This document shows positions 9,480 through 18,891 of a stretch of DNA of 64,000 nucleotides, piece by piece; position 1 is the first letter of the stretch; the number at the start of each line of letters is the position of its first letter. The stretch is from Elusimicrobiota bacterium (lineage in GTDB: Bacteria; Elusimicrobiota; Elusimicrobia; UBA1565; JACRDR01), in contig JBGFSC010000047.1 in NCBI GenBank assembly GCA_041694815.1, positions 23,362 through 87,361 of the forward strand, written 5' to 3'. The position numbers and the translations under genes were made by a program. Under the pieces are notes generated by a model that saw only the letters and a program-made list of their open reading frames with translations, was not told where the DNA came from and did not search any database.

Positions 9480-10435
9480 TGGCACCAGGCAGCATTCTTT
9501 TATTTTTATTTCTCGCGGGCAACGCGGGCGCCCTGCCCGAAACCTCGCCGGATGATCTGCTGCGCGAGCACCTTTGGAGCGAACTGACGGCCCTGCCGGC
9601 GGGAGAGCGCCCCGTCGTAGGGCTGGCCCTCTCGGCCGGAGCCTTGCGCGGGCTGGGCCACGTCGGAGTGCTGCGCGTGCTCGAGGACAACGGCTTCCCG
9701 ATCGACGTCGTCGCGGGAACCTCGATGGGGGCGGTGATCGGCTCCTTCTACGCGGCTGGAGTGCCGGTCTCCAAGCTCTGGGAAATGCGCCACACCATGC
9801 GTTTGGATTTCGGCTCGAACTTCAATTGGGTGCGTCTGGTCTCGCTGATGCTGCGCGACCGTCTGCTCTCAACGAGGCCCCTGGAACGGCTACTCCGGGA
9901 AGAGCTGGGCGACCTCTACTTCCACCAGCTCCAGAAGCCCTTTGGATGCGTCGCCATGGACTTGAAGACCGGAGAGAAGATCGTCTTCCGACAAGGGCCC
10001 TTGGCGCCCGCCGTGCGGGCCAGCGCCAACCTCCCCGGGGTCTTCGCGCCGGTTGAATACCGCCACCGCTACCTGGTCGACGGGGGCGTGGTCGATTACG
10101 TGCCCGCCGACGTCGCGCGCCTGCTGGGAGCCGACTGGGTCATCGCCAGCGTCACCGAAGGGGACTTCACCTCGTTCGCGCCGACCAACGTGCTCGCGGC
10201 CCTCTCGCAGGTCATCGACATCCGGGGCTCGCTGCTCTCGCGGCAGCAGCGGCGCCTGGCCGACGCCCTGGTGGAACCGGCCGTCGGCGACATCGGCTTC
10301 TACGAGGTGGAGCGCGCGGCGGAGGCAATGGATAAGGGCGTCGTCGCAGCCCACAATAAAGTACGCCCGATACAACAGGATTATATCCTCCACTCGCTGC
10401 CGCGTCTTGTCCCGCGATGGAGAGGCAAGCTTTGA
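9479..10435 (+). CDS. patatin-like phospholipase
   Basis: GxSxG nucleophile elbow GTSMG, oxyanion GLALSAGALRG, catalytic DGG in LVDGGVVDY. Confidence 0.8.
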   Translation: MAPGSILLFLFLAGNAGALPETSPDDLLREHLWSELTALPAGERPVVGLALSAGALRGLGHVGVLRVLEDNGFPIDVVAGTSMGAVIGSFYAAGVPVSKLWEMRHTMRLDFGSNFNWVRLVSLMLRDRLLSTRPLERLLREELGDLYFHQLQKPFGCVAMDLKTGEKIVFRQGPLAPAVRASANLPGVFAPVEYRHRYLVDGGVVDYVPADVARLLGADWVIASVTEGDFTSFAPTNVLAALSQVIDIRGSLLSRQQRRLADALVEPAVGDIGFYEVERAAEAMDKGVVAAHNKVRPIQQDYILHSLPRLVPRWRGKL

Positions 10436-11367
10436 TGCGGCGCGGGTGGCTGGCGCTGCTGATGCTTCCATGCTGTTGCGGGGCCGCCGCGGCGGCCCCG
10501 CAACAAGGCCTGGCCGCGGCCCAGCAATCCTTCGCCGCGGGGCGCTACGCCGAGGTCGAGCGCCTCCTCGGGGGGCTCGAGCGGCACCGGCTCGGCTCCA
10601 AGGACCTGCGCGCGGCCTACGACCTGCTGGGCATGAGCCAGGAGCGCCTCAACGACCTAGACAAGGCGCTGGGCACCTATCAGCTGGGCGTCGCACTTTT
10701 CCCCAAGGACTTGAACCTCCTTACGCATCTGGCCGACCTCCTCCACCGCGTTGGCCTCGACGACCGGGCGCGCCCGTTTTACGAGCGCGTCTTGAATATC
10801 CATCCGAATAACGCGGCGGCCCACCAAGGATTGGCCGAAATCGACCGGGCCAGCGGGTTGCTCGAGCCCGCGCAAGCGCACTACGAGAAGGCGCTGGAGG
10901 AGCGCGCCGAGAACCCCTCGCTATGGCGCGACCTCAGCGAGATCCGCGCGCGCCGCGGAGACAACCAAGGAGCCGTCGCGGCCGCCGAGAAATCCCTCGC
11001 GCTAGCCTTCAGCGTCGACACCTTGCTCGTCCTGGCCCGCACCCATTACGCCGCCGGGCGGCGGCCCGAGGCCTATGCCTCCCTCCTGCGCGCGCAAGGG
11101 GCGGCGCCGGAGAGGCTCGAGCTCGGGCTGCAGCACGCGCTCTGGCTGCTCGACTCCAACGACCTTGAGGGAGCCCGCAAGGTCGCCGAGGGCCTGCTCC
11201 GCGCCCAGCCCGAGCATCCCCTCGCGCTCTGGATCCGCGGGAGGGCGGCCTTAGGCGAGGGCGAACTCTCCAAGGCCATAGCCGACTTCGAGAAGGCCGC
11301 CGAACAGACGGAGCATCCCTTCGTCGCTGCGGTGGCGCGCTCGATGATCCGGACGCTCAGGCCGTGA
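10417..11367 (+). CDS. TPR-repeat protein with signal peptide
   Basis: hydrophobic leader WLALLMLPCCCGAAAAAP; repeated TPR-like helical pairs (AYDLLGMSQERLNDLDKALGTYQ...). Confidence 0.6.
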   Translation: MERQALMRRGWLALLMLPCCCGAAAAAPQQGLAAAQQSFAAGRYAEVERLLGGLERHRLGSKDLRAAYDLLGMSQERLNDLDKALGTYQLGVALFPKDLNLLTHLADLLHRVGLDDRARPFYERVLNIHPNNAAAHQGLAEIDRASGLLEPAQAHYEKALEERAENPSLWRDLSEIRARRGDNQGAVAAAEKSLALAFSVDTLLVLARTHYAAGRRPEAYASLLRAQGAAPERLELGLQHALWLLDSNDLEGARKVAEGLLRAQPEHPLALWIRGRAALGEGELSKAIADFEKAAEQTEHPFVAAVARSMIRTLRP

Positions 11368-12155
11368 GGGCACGCCGCCTGCCTTTCGCGAAGATGTCGG
11401 GTGCCGGCAACGACTTTGTCCTGGTGGAGGAATCCAGCCTGCGCGGGCGCCCGCGCGCGCCCTTGGCGCGGCGGCTCTGCCTGCGCCGAGGCGGCGTGGG
11501 CGCCGACGGGCTATTGATCGTCGGCCGGAAGGATTCTTCCCCGACGGTGGACTACTACAACGCGGACGGCTCGCGGGCCTTCTGCGCCAACGGCGCGCGC
11601 TGCGCCGCGTGGTGGGCGCGCCGTCGCGGCTGGGTCGGTAAGCGCTTCACCCTGCGCTCCTCGCGCGGCGACATCGAGGCCGAGGTTCCCCGTCCCGGTC
11701 GCGCGCGCCTGCGCATGCCCGCGGCCCGTAGGGCCCGCTTCGGCCTGTCTCTGCGCGCCCTCGGCCGCCGCTGGAAGGCGCACTCAATCGATACGGGGGT
11801 CCCGCACGCCGTCGTGGAGGTCGAGGGTCTCGACCGCTTCCCGGTCGCGTCCGTGGGACGCGCCTTGCGCCGCCACCCCGCCTTCGGAAGGGCCGGGGCC
11901 AACGTGAATTTCATCTCGCGCCGGGGAAGGCTACTGCTCATCCGCACCTACGAGCGCGGCGTCGAAGACGAGACCCTGGCCTGCGGGACGGGCGCGGTGG
12001 CCGCCGCCCTATGCGCGCACCGACTCTACGGCCTCTCCTCTCCCATCCGGGTCCAGGCAGCCGGAGGGGAGCTCGCGGTCCGCTTCGATTCCTTCGAGCG
12101 GATCTGGCTGGAAGGCCCCGCCGAGGTCCTATTCGAGGGGGAGGCGCCGCTATGA
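11364..12155 (+). CDS. dapF: diaminopimelate epimerase
   Basis: MSGAGNDFVLVEE N-terminal motif and C-terminal active-site LACGTGAVAAA. Confidence 0.8.
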   Translation: MRARRLPFAKMSGAGNDFVLVEESSLRGRPRAPLARRLCLRRGGVGADGLLIVGRKDSSPTVDYYNADGSRAFCANGARCAAWWARRRGWVGKRFTLRSSRGDIEAEVPRPGRARLRMPAARRARFGLSLRALGRRWKAHSIDTGVPHAVVEVEGLDRFPVASVGRALRRHPAFGRAGANVNFISRRGRLLLIRTYERGVEDETLACGTGAVAAALCAHRLYGLSSPIRVQAAGGELAVRFDSFERIWLEGPAEVLFEGEAPL

Positions 12156-13048
12156 GGCTTCAAGGATCCTTTCCGGCGCTGATCACGCCGTTTAAGAACG
12201 GAGCGCTCGACGACCGGGCCCTGCGCCGCCTGGCCCGGTGGCTGCTGACGCAAGGATCGGCGGGCCTGGTACCCTGCGGCTCCACCGGCGAGGCGGCCAC
12301 CCTGAGCCCCGACGAGTACAAGCGCGTCGTCTCGCTCTGCGTCGAGGAGGCGCGGGCCCACGGGCGCCCCGTCATAGCCGGGGTGGGCACCAACGCCACC
12401 TCCAAGGCCGCGGAGACCGCCCAGGCGGCCGCGGGGCTGGGCGCCGACGCCTTGCTCGTGCTCTGCCCCTACTACAACAAGCCGACGCAGGAAGGCTTGT
12501 TCCTCCATTTCCGCGAGGTCGCCCGCTCCGTCAAGCTGCCCATCGTCGTCTACAACATTCCCGGCAGGACGGCCGTCAACCTGCTGCCTAAGACCCTGGC
12601 CAAGATCGCGCGGGAGTGCCGCAACGTCGTCGCCGTCAAGGAGGCCTCGGGCTCGCTCGATCAAGTCTCGGAAATCCTGAGCGTCTGCCCCGACGGCTTC
12701 ACCGTGCTCTCGGGAGATGATTCCCTGACCCTGCCGATGATCTCCATCGGCGCCAAGGGGGTCGTCAGCGTGATCGCCAATATATTGCCGCGCGAGACCT
12801 CAAGGCTCTGCGAGGCCGCGCTAGCCGGCCGGCGCGCCGAGGCCGAACGGCTGCACGCGCGCCTGTTCCCGCTGACCAAATCCCTCTTTATCGAGACGAA
12901 CCCGATCCCCATCAAGGCCGCGGCCGCCCAGCTGGGGCTCTGCTTGAACGAATTGCGCCTGCCTCTGACTCCGATGACGCGGCGCAATAAGTCCCTGCTG
13001 CTTCGCGAGCTTCGCCGCATCGGCGTCCGGAGGCCCCGGATCGCTTAG
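12152..13048 (+). CDS. dapA: 4-hydroxy-tetrahydrodipicolinate synthase
   Basis: ATG 12152 overlaps the dapF stop (ATGA). ALITPF, GSTGEAATLS and active-site K region VVAVKEASG present. ORF-track start 12011 is an extension. Confidence 0.85.
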   Translation: MRLQGSFPALITPFKNGALDDRALRRLARWLLTQGSAGLVPCGSTGEAATLSPDEYKRVVSLCVEEARAHGRPVIAGVGTNATSKAAETAQAAAGLGADALLVLCPYYNKPTQEGLFLHFREVARSVKLPIVVYNIPGRTAVNLLPKTLAKIARECRNVVAVKEASGSLDQVSEILSVCPDGFTVLSGDDSLTLPMISIGAKGVVSVIANILPRETSRLCEAALAGRRAEAERLHARLFPLTKSLFIETNPIPIKAAAAQLGLCLNELRLPLTPMTRRNKSLLLRELRRIGVRRPRIA

Positions 13049-13052
13049 AGCC

Positions 13053-13334
13053 TCACCGATAAAAGCGCCTCTCGCGCCGCCGTTCGGCTTCTTCTAAAAG
13101 AAGGTCGGCGACCTCTTCGGAGAGCTCCATGACGTCTAGCTGCAACTCATAACCCAGGCCTTCGAAAAGTTTATCCCAGGTCGATAAACGACAATCGCAC
13201 CCGCGCTCGGCACGGTTGACCACCGATGGGTTGACGTCCGCTTCGTCGGCGAGCTGAAATTGCGAAATTCCCCGTTCTTCACGCATCTGCTTGAGCAGCG
13301 CTGCCATGCGGGACACGGCGCTTTCGGAACCCAT
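13053..13334 (-). CDS. XRE-family helix-turn-helix transcriptional regulator
   Basis: 93 aa; HTH_XRE signature GISQFQLADEADVNPSVVNRAERG. Confidence 0.7.
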   Translation of the reverse strand: MGSESAVSRMAALLKQMREERGISQFQLADEADVNPSVVNRAERGCDCRLSTWDKLFEGLGYELQLDVMELSEEVADLLLEEAERRRERRFYR

Positions 13335-13414
13335 GCCATATATACGATTAGCTCCAGAAAAAGTTCCGTAATTCGGGCTACTTTGACGCCGGGACGCGGA
13401 TTAGTCCCATTCTT

Positions 13415-13498
13415 GTTCTTTGCTTTTGAGCAATCGGGAACGGAATAGATGCCTTTATTCGCAGTTTTCTTGGCCCATTTTGCTCAAAAGCAAAGAAC
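13415..13498. repeat. 19-bp perfect inverted repeat (GTTCTTTGCTTTTGAGCAA / TTGCTCAAAAGCAAAGAAC) with 46-nt spacer
   Basis: arms 13415-13433 and 13480-13498 read directly; lies 80-165 bp upstream of the XRE regulator start in an AT-rich gap. Confidence 0.8.
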
Positions 13499-13583
13499 GA
13501 ATACATCAACAATCACCCACCCGTCTTTCCCAGCTACGTAAATGGTATACTTCGGGCCGCGCGAATTAAAGAATCAAAAGACA

Positions 13584-13673
13584 ATGACAGAAGCCCTGAT
13601 AAATTTAGCCGTGGGAATAATCTTGATTTTGGGTCTTGCCAAGTTTTCCGCTAAATTCCGAAAAAACAGATAA
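13584..13673 (+). CDS. small hydrophobic peptide (29 aa) MTEALINLAVGIILILGLAKFSAKFRKNR
   Basis: ATG..TAA ORF below the 60-aa cutoff of the ORF track; single predicted TM helix with basic C-terminus; TATACT -10-like box about 35 nt upstream; followed 27 nt downstream by an intrinsic terminator. Confidence 0.4.
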   Translation: MTEALINLAVGIILILGLAKFSAKFRKNR

Positions 13674-13699
13674 TTGACGGAGGGACGTTAAGCTGCCCA

Positions 13700-13730
13700 G
13701 GTCCCGGGAAACGGGGCCTCTTATTTTTGG
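13700..13730 (+). terminator. rho-independent terminator (GGUCCCG-GGAAA-CGGGGCC + UCUUAUUUUUGG)
   Basis: 7-bp GC stem (one G.U) with 5-nt loop followed by a U-run on the plus strand. On the minus strand there is no U-run, so it serves the plus-strand small ORF. Confidence 0.6.
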
Positions 13731-13733
13731 CTC

Positions 13734-15098
13734 CTATTTAAGCGGCTGAAGCTCTTTTGAGGAGCGCGCTTCGGGCTTGGAGGCACGACCCAGCAGCCGC
13801 TCGGCGCAGCGCTTGCCGTCCAAAATGGTCTCTTCCATGAAGGAATACTTCCAGGCGCCGTATCTGCCGATGGATTCTATCTCGCGCTTGTTCAAGAAAT
13901 TAAAGATGGCGCGCACCGCCGGAGTGCGGTCGAAGTCGTAGACGACGTAGGCGCAGGGGATTGGGAGCCACAGAGCGGTCAGCAGCTTGTCGGAGGACTT
14001 GAGCAGCCCGCAGGATCGCAGCCCGGCCAATATCTGGTTCTCGAGGCGCTTGAGCTCGACCTTCTCGCCGGGCCTGCGCGAGACCTCGATGTACATCGAA
14101 CTGCTGCCCCGCGGGGCCACTTTTGGGGAGAAATTGCTGCAGAACCCGGCCCGGTAGAACGGGAAACGGTTTTCCGGGAAGTAAATCCAATGCTTATCCG
14201 ACATGCCGGGCCGGGCAACGCCGATATTCCAATTGTAAACGGAAACGTAGCGCAGCCGGCCCCGTGCACGACGAACGGCTTCGGGCAAAGGCGAAGCAAG
14301 GTCCAAAAAATGTGCCAACGGCAGGGTGTTGACCAGGCGCTCGTAACGGACCTCGCCGATGCCATCGATCTCGGCGACCCGCTCGGCCAGATGCACCCGC
14401 CGGACGGCGCAGCCGACCCGGACATGGCCCAGGCCGGAGGCCAGGGCGTCGGCGAGCGACTGGCTGCCCCCGCGGATCGGGTAGCGGAAGGTGGCGTTAT
14501 AGCCGAAGTATTTCTTTTGGTCGAACAACGCGCCGTAGAGCACCTCCTCGACCGACGGTTTGGGGACGAAGCGTCCCTGCCATTCCGTCGTCAGCCGGGA
14601 TAAGGGCGCGCGCCAGAGCTTCTCGTTATAGGGGAACATGAAATGCCGCGAGATCCCTTCCCCGAAGGTCCGTAAGCTCCATTCGCGGAAGGAAAGTCCG
14701 GGCACCGCGGGCTGCGGCCGGTGCACGGTTTTGAGAAATCCGACCACGCAGTCCTCGACCGTCTTGGGAGGCAACCCGCAGGTGTTGGCCTGGAAGGGAT
14801 AGCGCGTGAACACTCCTTTGGAATAGATCCAGGAATTGCGCCGGATCACCGAAAGGTTGCCGCGCAAGAGCCCGGTGATCAATTCTTTTCCGTAGGGGTC
14901 GTGCAGGTGCAGCAGGTGCCCCGTATGGTCGAAGGTGAAGCCGTCCTGCGTGACCGACCCGGCCAGACCGCCGACGCGGGCCTTCTTCTCCGCGATCAAC
15001 CAGGAAGGCCGCCGCCCTCCTCCGAGCCGCTCAAGATGGTAGGCCGTCGAGAGGCCGGCCAGGCCGCCGCCCAGGATCAATACGTCCGTGGCGACCAT
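13734..15098 (-). CDS. FAD-dependent oxidoreductase, UDP-galactopyranose-mutase (Glf)/amine-oxidase-like
   Basis: Rossmann LILGGGLAGLSTAYHL; Glf-like GHLLHLHDP and C-terminal GRYGAWKYSFMEETI. Confidence 0.55.
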   Translation of the reverse strand: MVATDVLILGGGLAGLSTAYHLERLGGGRRPSWLIAEKKARVGGLAGSVTQDGFTFDHTGHLLHLHDPYGKELITGLLRGNLSVIRRNSWIYSKGVFTRYPFQANTCGLPPKTVEDCVVGFLKTVHRPQPAVPGLSFREWSLRTFGEGISRHFMFPYNEKLWRAPLSRLTTEWQGRFVPKPSVEEVLYGALFDQKKYFGYNATFRYPIRGGSQSLADALASGLGHVRVGCAVRRVHLAERVAEIDGIGEVRYERLVNTLPLAHFLDLASPLPEAVRRARGRLRYVSVYNWNIGVARPGMSDKHWIYFPENRFPFYRAGFCSNFSPKVAPRGSSSMYIEVSRRPGEKVELKRLENQILAGLRSCGLLKSSDKLLTALWLPIPCAYVVYDFDRTPAVRAIFNFLNKREIESIGRYGAWKYSFMEETILDGKRCAERLLGRASKPEARSSKELQPLK

Positions 15099-15099
15099 G

Positions 15100-16140
15100 T
15101 CAGTGCATGCGCACGACGCCCATGCGCCGGCTCAGCAGCGCGATCTCGGCTATCAAGAAAGCGTAGATCCAAAGCGCCCACATGGAAGTGACGCGGGTGA
15201 CGATGAAGCCGCAGACCGACAGCAGGGCGGCCGCCACGGCCGCCAAGACCACGATCTGCTGGCGAGTGAAGCCCATCGCTTCCAAGCGTAGGGCGAAATG
15301 GTCCCGGGATCCCATGAAGGGCGACTGACCCTTGAGCATGCGCAGCACCATGACGAAGAACGTGTCGTACATCGGGACCATCAGTATGAAGAGCGGGGCG
15401 TACACGCCGAAGGGGTTGACCTTGGTGTAATCGGTGCCCAGCGAGATCGCGGCCAGGAGGAAGCCGAGCGGCATGCTGCCCGAATCGCCCATGAATATCT
15501 TGCGCTTTTCCGATAAGTTCCACGGGAGAAAGCCCAGGGCCGACCCGGCCACCGCCGCTGAGGCGAAATTGACGTAGATATGCTCGGAGGGCATGGCGAT
15601 GAGCAAAAATCCCAAGGCGGCGATCGCCGCCTGGCTGGAGCAAAGCCCGTCCATGATATCGATGATATTGAAGGCGTTGGTGATGCCGACTACCCAGAGT
15701 ACCGTCAAGGCGATCGCCAGGTAATCCGGTGTGATGAAGTGTATCCGGATCCCGTAGGACACGAGAACGATCGCGGCGAGCAATTGCCCCGCGAACTTGG
15801 TGCCCACGTGGAGACCCTCGGGCTTTTTCCAGTCGTCGATGAGGCCGAGCAGGAAGACGATCGCCGAGCCGATGACGAGCGCGCGCAGGCTGTAGAGGGT
15901 GCCCGTGGGAAAGGCGGTATAACGCCGCAACAGAAGAAGGCTCAAGGCGAAGCCGAGCCAGATGGCGACGCCGCCCATCATGGGTGTGGCGATCTTGTGC
16001 GTCTTGACGGAGCTCGAGGGGGCGTCCAGCCAGCCGAAGCGCAGGGCCGCCTGGCGCATCACGGGCGTGGCCAGCATCGACAAAAGCCCCGAGGCGGCGA
16101 TGGTCCCGATGTAGAGTTGAATCGTTCCCGTTTCTTTCAA
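15100..16140 (-). CDS. polyprenyl-phosphate N-acetylhexosamine-1-phosphate transferase (WecA/MraY family, GT4-type initiating enzyme)
   Basis: NAFNIIDIMDGL and MGDSGSMPLGF motifs; about 10 TM segments. Confidence 0.8.
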   Translation of the reverse strand: MKETGTIQLYIGTIAASGLLSMLATPVMRQAALRFGWLDAPSSSVKTHKIATPMMGGVAIWLGFALSLLLLRRYTAFPTGTLYSLRALVIGSAIVFLLGLIDDWKKPEGLHVGTKFAGQLLAAIVLVSYGIRIHFITPDYLAIALTVLWVVGITNAFNIIDIMDGLCSSQAAIAALGFLLIAMPSEHIYVNFASAAVAGSALGFLPWNLSEKRKIFMGDSGSMPLGFLLAAISLGTDYTKVNPFGVYAPLFILMVPMYDTFFVMVLRMLKGQSPFMGSRDHFALRLEAMGFTRQQIVVLAAVAAALLSVCGFIVTRVTSMWALWIYAFLIAEIALLSRRMGVVRMH

Positions 16141-18137
16141 TCCTTGATCGCCATTAGGGCGCAGGAATCGGACGCGTAAACGGGCTCCAGGAGCCCGGCG
16201 CGCTCAAGGCCCTCCCAATTCCTGATCCCCGCCGGGGAAAACGAGAAGATGCCGTAGCCAGAGAGGCGCCTCCCCTCCCGCGGGACGAGCAGCAGGTGGG
16301 TGAATTTTCCCTCGCTTTTGAGCAGCCCCGCGAGCTCCACGGGGCTCGATGAGCGGTCGGCCCATTCCACGAAGCGGTTGGGGGCCATGACGGTGGTGGC
16401 GACGTGATCCTGCTGGACGTAGTAACCCCGCTGCTCGCCCACGATGAGGATTCTATCATTTTTGCCCAAACGCTCCCTCGCCCGCAGCGCGCAAGGATAA
16501 TAGTCCAGGCGTCGCGAGAGGTACTCGTTGCGGCTCTCGGCGCCGGAGAGCAGCCGCCAGCTCGAGAGCACGGTGTGCACGTAGAAGAAAAAGCCCAGGT
16601 TGCAGAGGATAAACAAGGCGAGGGCCGCCGCCAGGAGGGTCTTGCCTCCGCGCTCAAAGGAGCGCCAGAGCCGGTGGAAGCCAGCCGCCGCCGGCAGGCT
16701 CAGCAGCGGCACCAGCACGGTCAAGAAGCGCAGCACCACGCCGGTCGAGAACCACACGGCGGCGTGGAAGGCGCAGTAGCCGAGCATGCGGCGCAGGCTG
16801 CGGTTGGCGAAGGCGGCCCATGCCGCCAGCGGCGTCAGCGCGAGGAGCAGCCCCCAGCCGAGATTGCCCAGCACATCGGCTCCACCGCCGAAACGCAGGT
16901 TTCCGGTGAAGGCCAGGAAGGGGAACGCGAGCAGGTCCGAGAAAAACTGGCCATGCCCGTGCCCGTAATCGGTCAGGGCCGAGAAATACCGCTTCGCGTT
17001 CTCGGGACCCCAACCGGTCCCACGATAAGGGAAATGCTGGTAGAGAAACGGAAAGAAGGGGTTGCCGAGGCTCAGCCAATTGCGGATGAGCCAGGGGCTG
17101 CCAACCACGGCGGCGCAAAGGCCGAAGCGCAGCGCCGGGCGCCAGGCGCGGCGGATCACAAGATATAGCCCAATGGCCGCTGGGCATATGCCGACGTAAT
17201 ACTTCGTCCCCACCCCGAGCCCGGCGAAAAGCGCCGAAAGCAGCAGCCAACCGTCGCGCGAACCCTCGATCTCCCTCCAGCGGCAAAAGCATAGGACGGA
17301 GGCCGTAACCCAGAGCATCGCCAGGGTCTCGACGTAGGTGATCGAAGACAGCAGCATTACCGCCGTGTGGGAGGCGGCGAGCACGCAGGCGAGCAAGGCG
17401 GCGTTGATCGGCATCTCGCGTTTGCCCATCTCGAACATCCACCATAAGGAAAGGGCGGTCGCCAGCCAGCTGAACATCTGCGCCAGGAGGTCGGAGCCGA
17501 GCATCAGGGCGAACATGAAGAGCATCTCGCCGTTCTGCGGGAAATGCCCGAAGAGCACCGGGGGTTGCGCCGTAAGCCCCCCATGGCGCAGGTAATAGGC
17601 CGGGAGCTCGAGATGGTAGACCAGCGAGTCGTACTGGTGCGGCGGCACCCAAGCCGTCCAAAAGGTCAGGCAGAGCAGGGCTGCCAAGAACGCCGTCCAC
17701 CCCGAGCGCCCTCGCAGCAGGCTGCGGTTGGCGGCCAAGGACAGCACGACGTCGCGCATCTCGGTGAAGCTCAATACCCAGAGTACGGAGAATAGGAGCA
17801 CGACGGCCACGGGCTTGAGCGCCCCGGTGGCGGCCAGCAGCAGCATGCCCTGGCTCAGTATGCCCAGGCCCAACGTGCAGCCGATGAGGGTCCTCTCGGA
17901 CTCGCTCATATGCGTCGCGACGTACATCTTCAGCGCCAGGCGCCCCATGCCGGTGCAGGTGAGCACGGTCAGCGCGAGCAGGACGGCGGCCGTCAGCCCC
18001 GCGGCGAGAGGCTGGGCGAAATGGCTCCAGCAGAGGTAGAGGGCCAGCCCCAGCAGCCCCAGCAGGTACGCCCACGCGGCCAGCGAGGGGCTGCCCCCCT
18101 CGCGTTCGACGCGCGCGCCTTCGCGGTGCTCAGCCAC
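16137..18137 (-). CDS. polytopic membrane protein, putative GT-C family glycosyltransferase (ArnT/PMT-like)
   Basis: 666 aa, >12 predicted TM helices, periplasmic-loop acidic/aromatic motif (YDSLVYHLE); ATGA-type overlap with neighbours. Confidence 0.4.
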   Translation of the reverse strand: MAEHREGARVEREGGSPSLAAWAYLLGLLGLALYLCWSHFAQPLAAGLTAAVLLALTVLTCTGMGRLALKMYVATHMSESERTLIGCTLGLGILSQGMLLLAATGALKPVAVVLLFSVLWVLSFTEMRDVVLSLAANRSLLRGRSGWTAFLAALLCLTFWTAWVPPHQYDSLVYHLELPAYYLRHGGLTAQPPVLFGHFPQNGEMLFMFALMLGSDLLAQMFSWLATALSLWWMFEMGKREMPINAALLACVLAASHTAVMLLSSITYVETLAMLWVTASVLCFCRWREIEGSRDGWLLLSALFAGLGVGTKYYVGICPAAIGLYLVIRRAWRPALRFGLCAAVVGSPWLIRNWLSLGNPFFPFLYQHFPYRGTGWGPENAKRYFSALTDYGHGHGQFFSDLLAFPFLAFTGNLRFGGGADVLGNLGWGLLLALTPLAAWAAFANRSLRRMLGYCAFHAAVWFSTGVVLRFLTVLVPLLSLPAAAGFHRLWRSFERGGKTLLAAALALFILCNLGFFFYVHTVLSSWRLLSGAESRNEYLSRRLDYYPCALRARERLGKNDRILIVGEQRGYYVQQDHVATTVMAPNRFVEWADRSSSPVELAGLLKSEGKFTHLLLVPREGRRLSGYGIFSFSPAGIRNWEGLERAGLLEPVYASDSCALMAIKD

Positions 18138-18891
18138 CGTTCTTGGGGATGAACAGGGGGCTACGGATGAGCCCCATGCGATGGAGCCGGTACTGCAGCA
18201 TCACGCCCAGCGAGGAGAGCCCGTAGACCATGCTGCGCCGGAAATTGATCGAGGAGGCCTCGGGAAAATAGCGCGCGGCGACGGGGATGTCCCCGATGCG
18301 GAACTGCAGCGCCGCCGCCTGGTAGAGGAACTGCTGGTCGAAGACGAAATCGTCGGAATTTAGCTCCCAAGGGATGGTCTCGAGGACCTCGCGGGAATAG
18401 GCGCGCAAGCCGGAATGCCATTCTCCAAGGTTCTGCCCGGTCCAGGAATTCTCGAGCATCGTGAGCCCGCGGTTGGCCAGGTATTTCCACCACGGCATCC
18501 CGCCCATGAGCGCCTCGCGACGCGTGCGGATGCGGTTGCCCAGCACTACGTCGCAGACGTCGTTGGCGATGAGCCCCGTCATATGCGGTGTCAGGCGCGC
18601 GTCATATTGGTAGTCCGGATGGATCATCACGACAATGTCGGCGCCCCGGCGCAAGGCCTCCCGGTAGCAGGTCTTCTGGTTGCCGCCGTAGCCCTTGTTG
18701 CTCTCGTGCCGGATGGCCGTCAGCCCCAGGCGGCGCGCCAGCTCGAAAGTGCCATCCTTGGAGCAGTCGTCGACGAGGATGATCTCGGACACCGAGTCCT
18801 TGGGGATGTCGCGGACGGTCTTTTCGAGCGTCTGCTCCGCGTTGTAGGCGGGCATCACGACGATGGTGTTCACGAGTGCTGCGACCGACAT
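18130..18891 (-). CDS. GT2 glycosyltransferase (DPM1/ArnC-like polyprenyl-phosphate sugar synthase)
   Basis: [26 protein letters not shown] motifs. Start placed at MSVAALV (ATG 18891) rather than the ORF-track 18948. Confidence 0.7.
   Translation of the reverse strand: MSVAALVNTIVVMPAYNAEQTLEKTVRDIPKDSVSEIILVDDCSKDGTFELARRLGLTAIRHESNKGYGGNQKTCYREALRRGADIVVMIHPDYQYDARLTPHMTGLIANDVCDVVLGNRIRTRREALMGGMPWWKYLANRGLTMLENSWTGQNLGEWHSGLRAYSREVLETIPWELNSDDFVFDQQFLYQAAALQFRIGDIPVAARYFPEASSINFRRSMVYGLSSLGVMLQYRLHRMGLIRSPLFIPKNGG

Noticed and set aside
13260-13448. 62-aa plus-strand ORF antisense to the XRE regulator start
   Set aside because: Overlaps the regulator gene and its promoter region. No motifs. 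Likely spurious.
13335-13733. Possible tRNA or small RNA gene in the AT-rich gap
   Set aside because: No cloverleaf-compatible sequence (no GTTCGAATC-type T-arm, no acceptor-stem complementarity) was found. Only the small ORF and terminator are supported.
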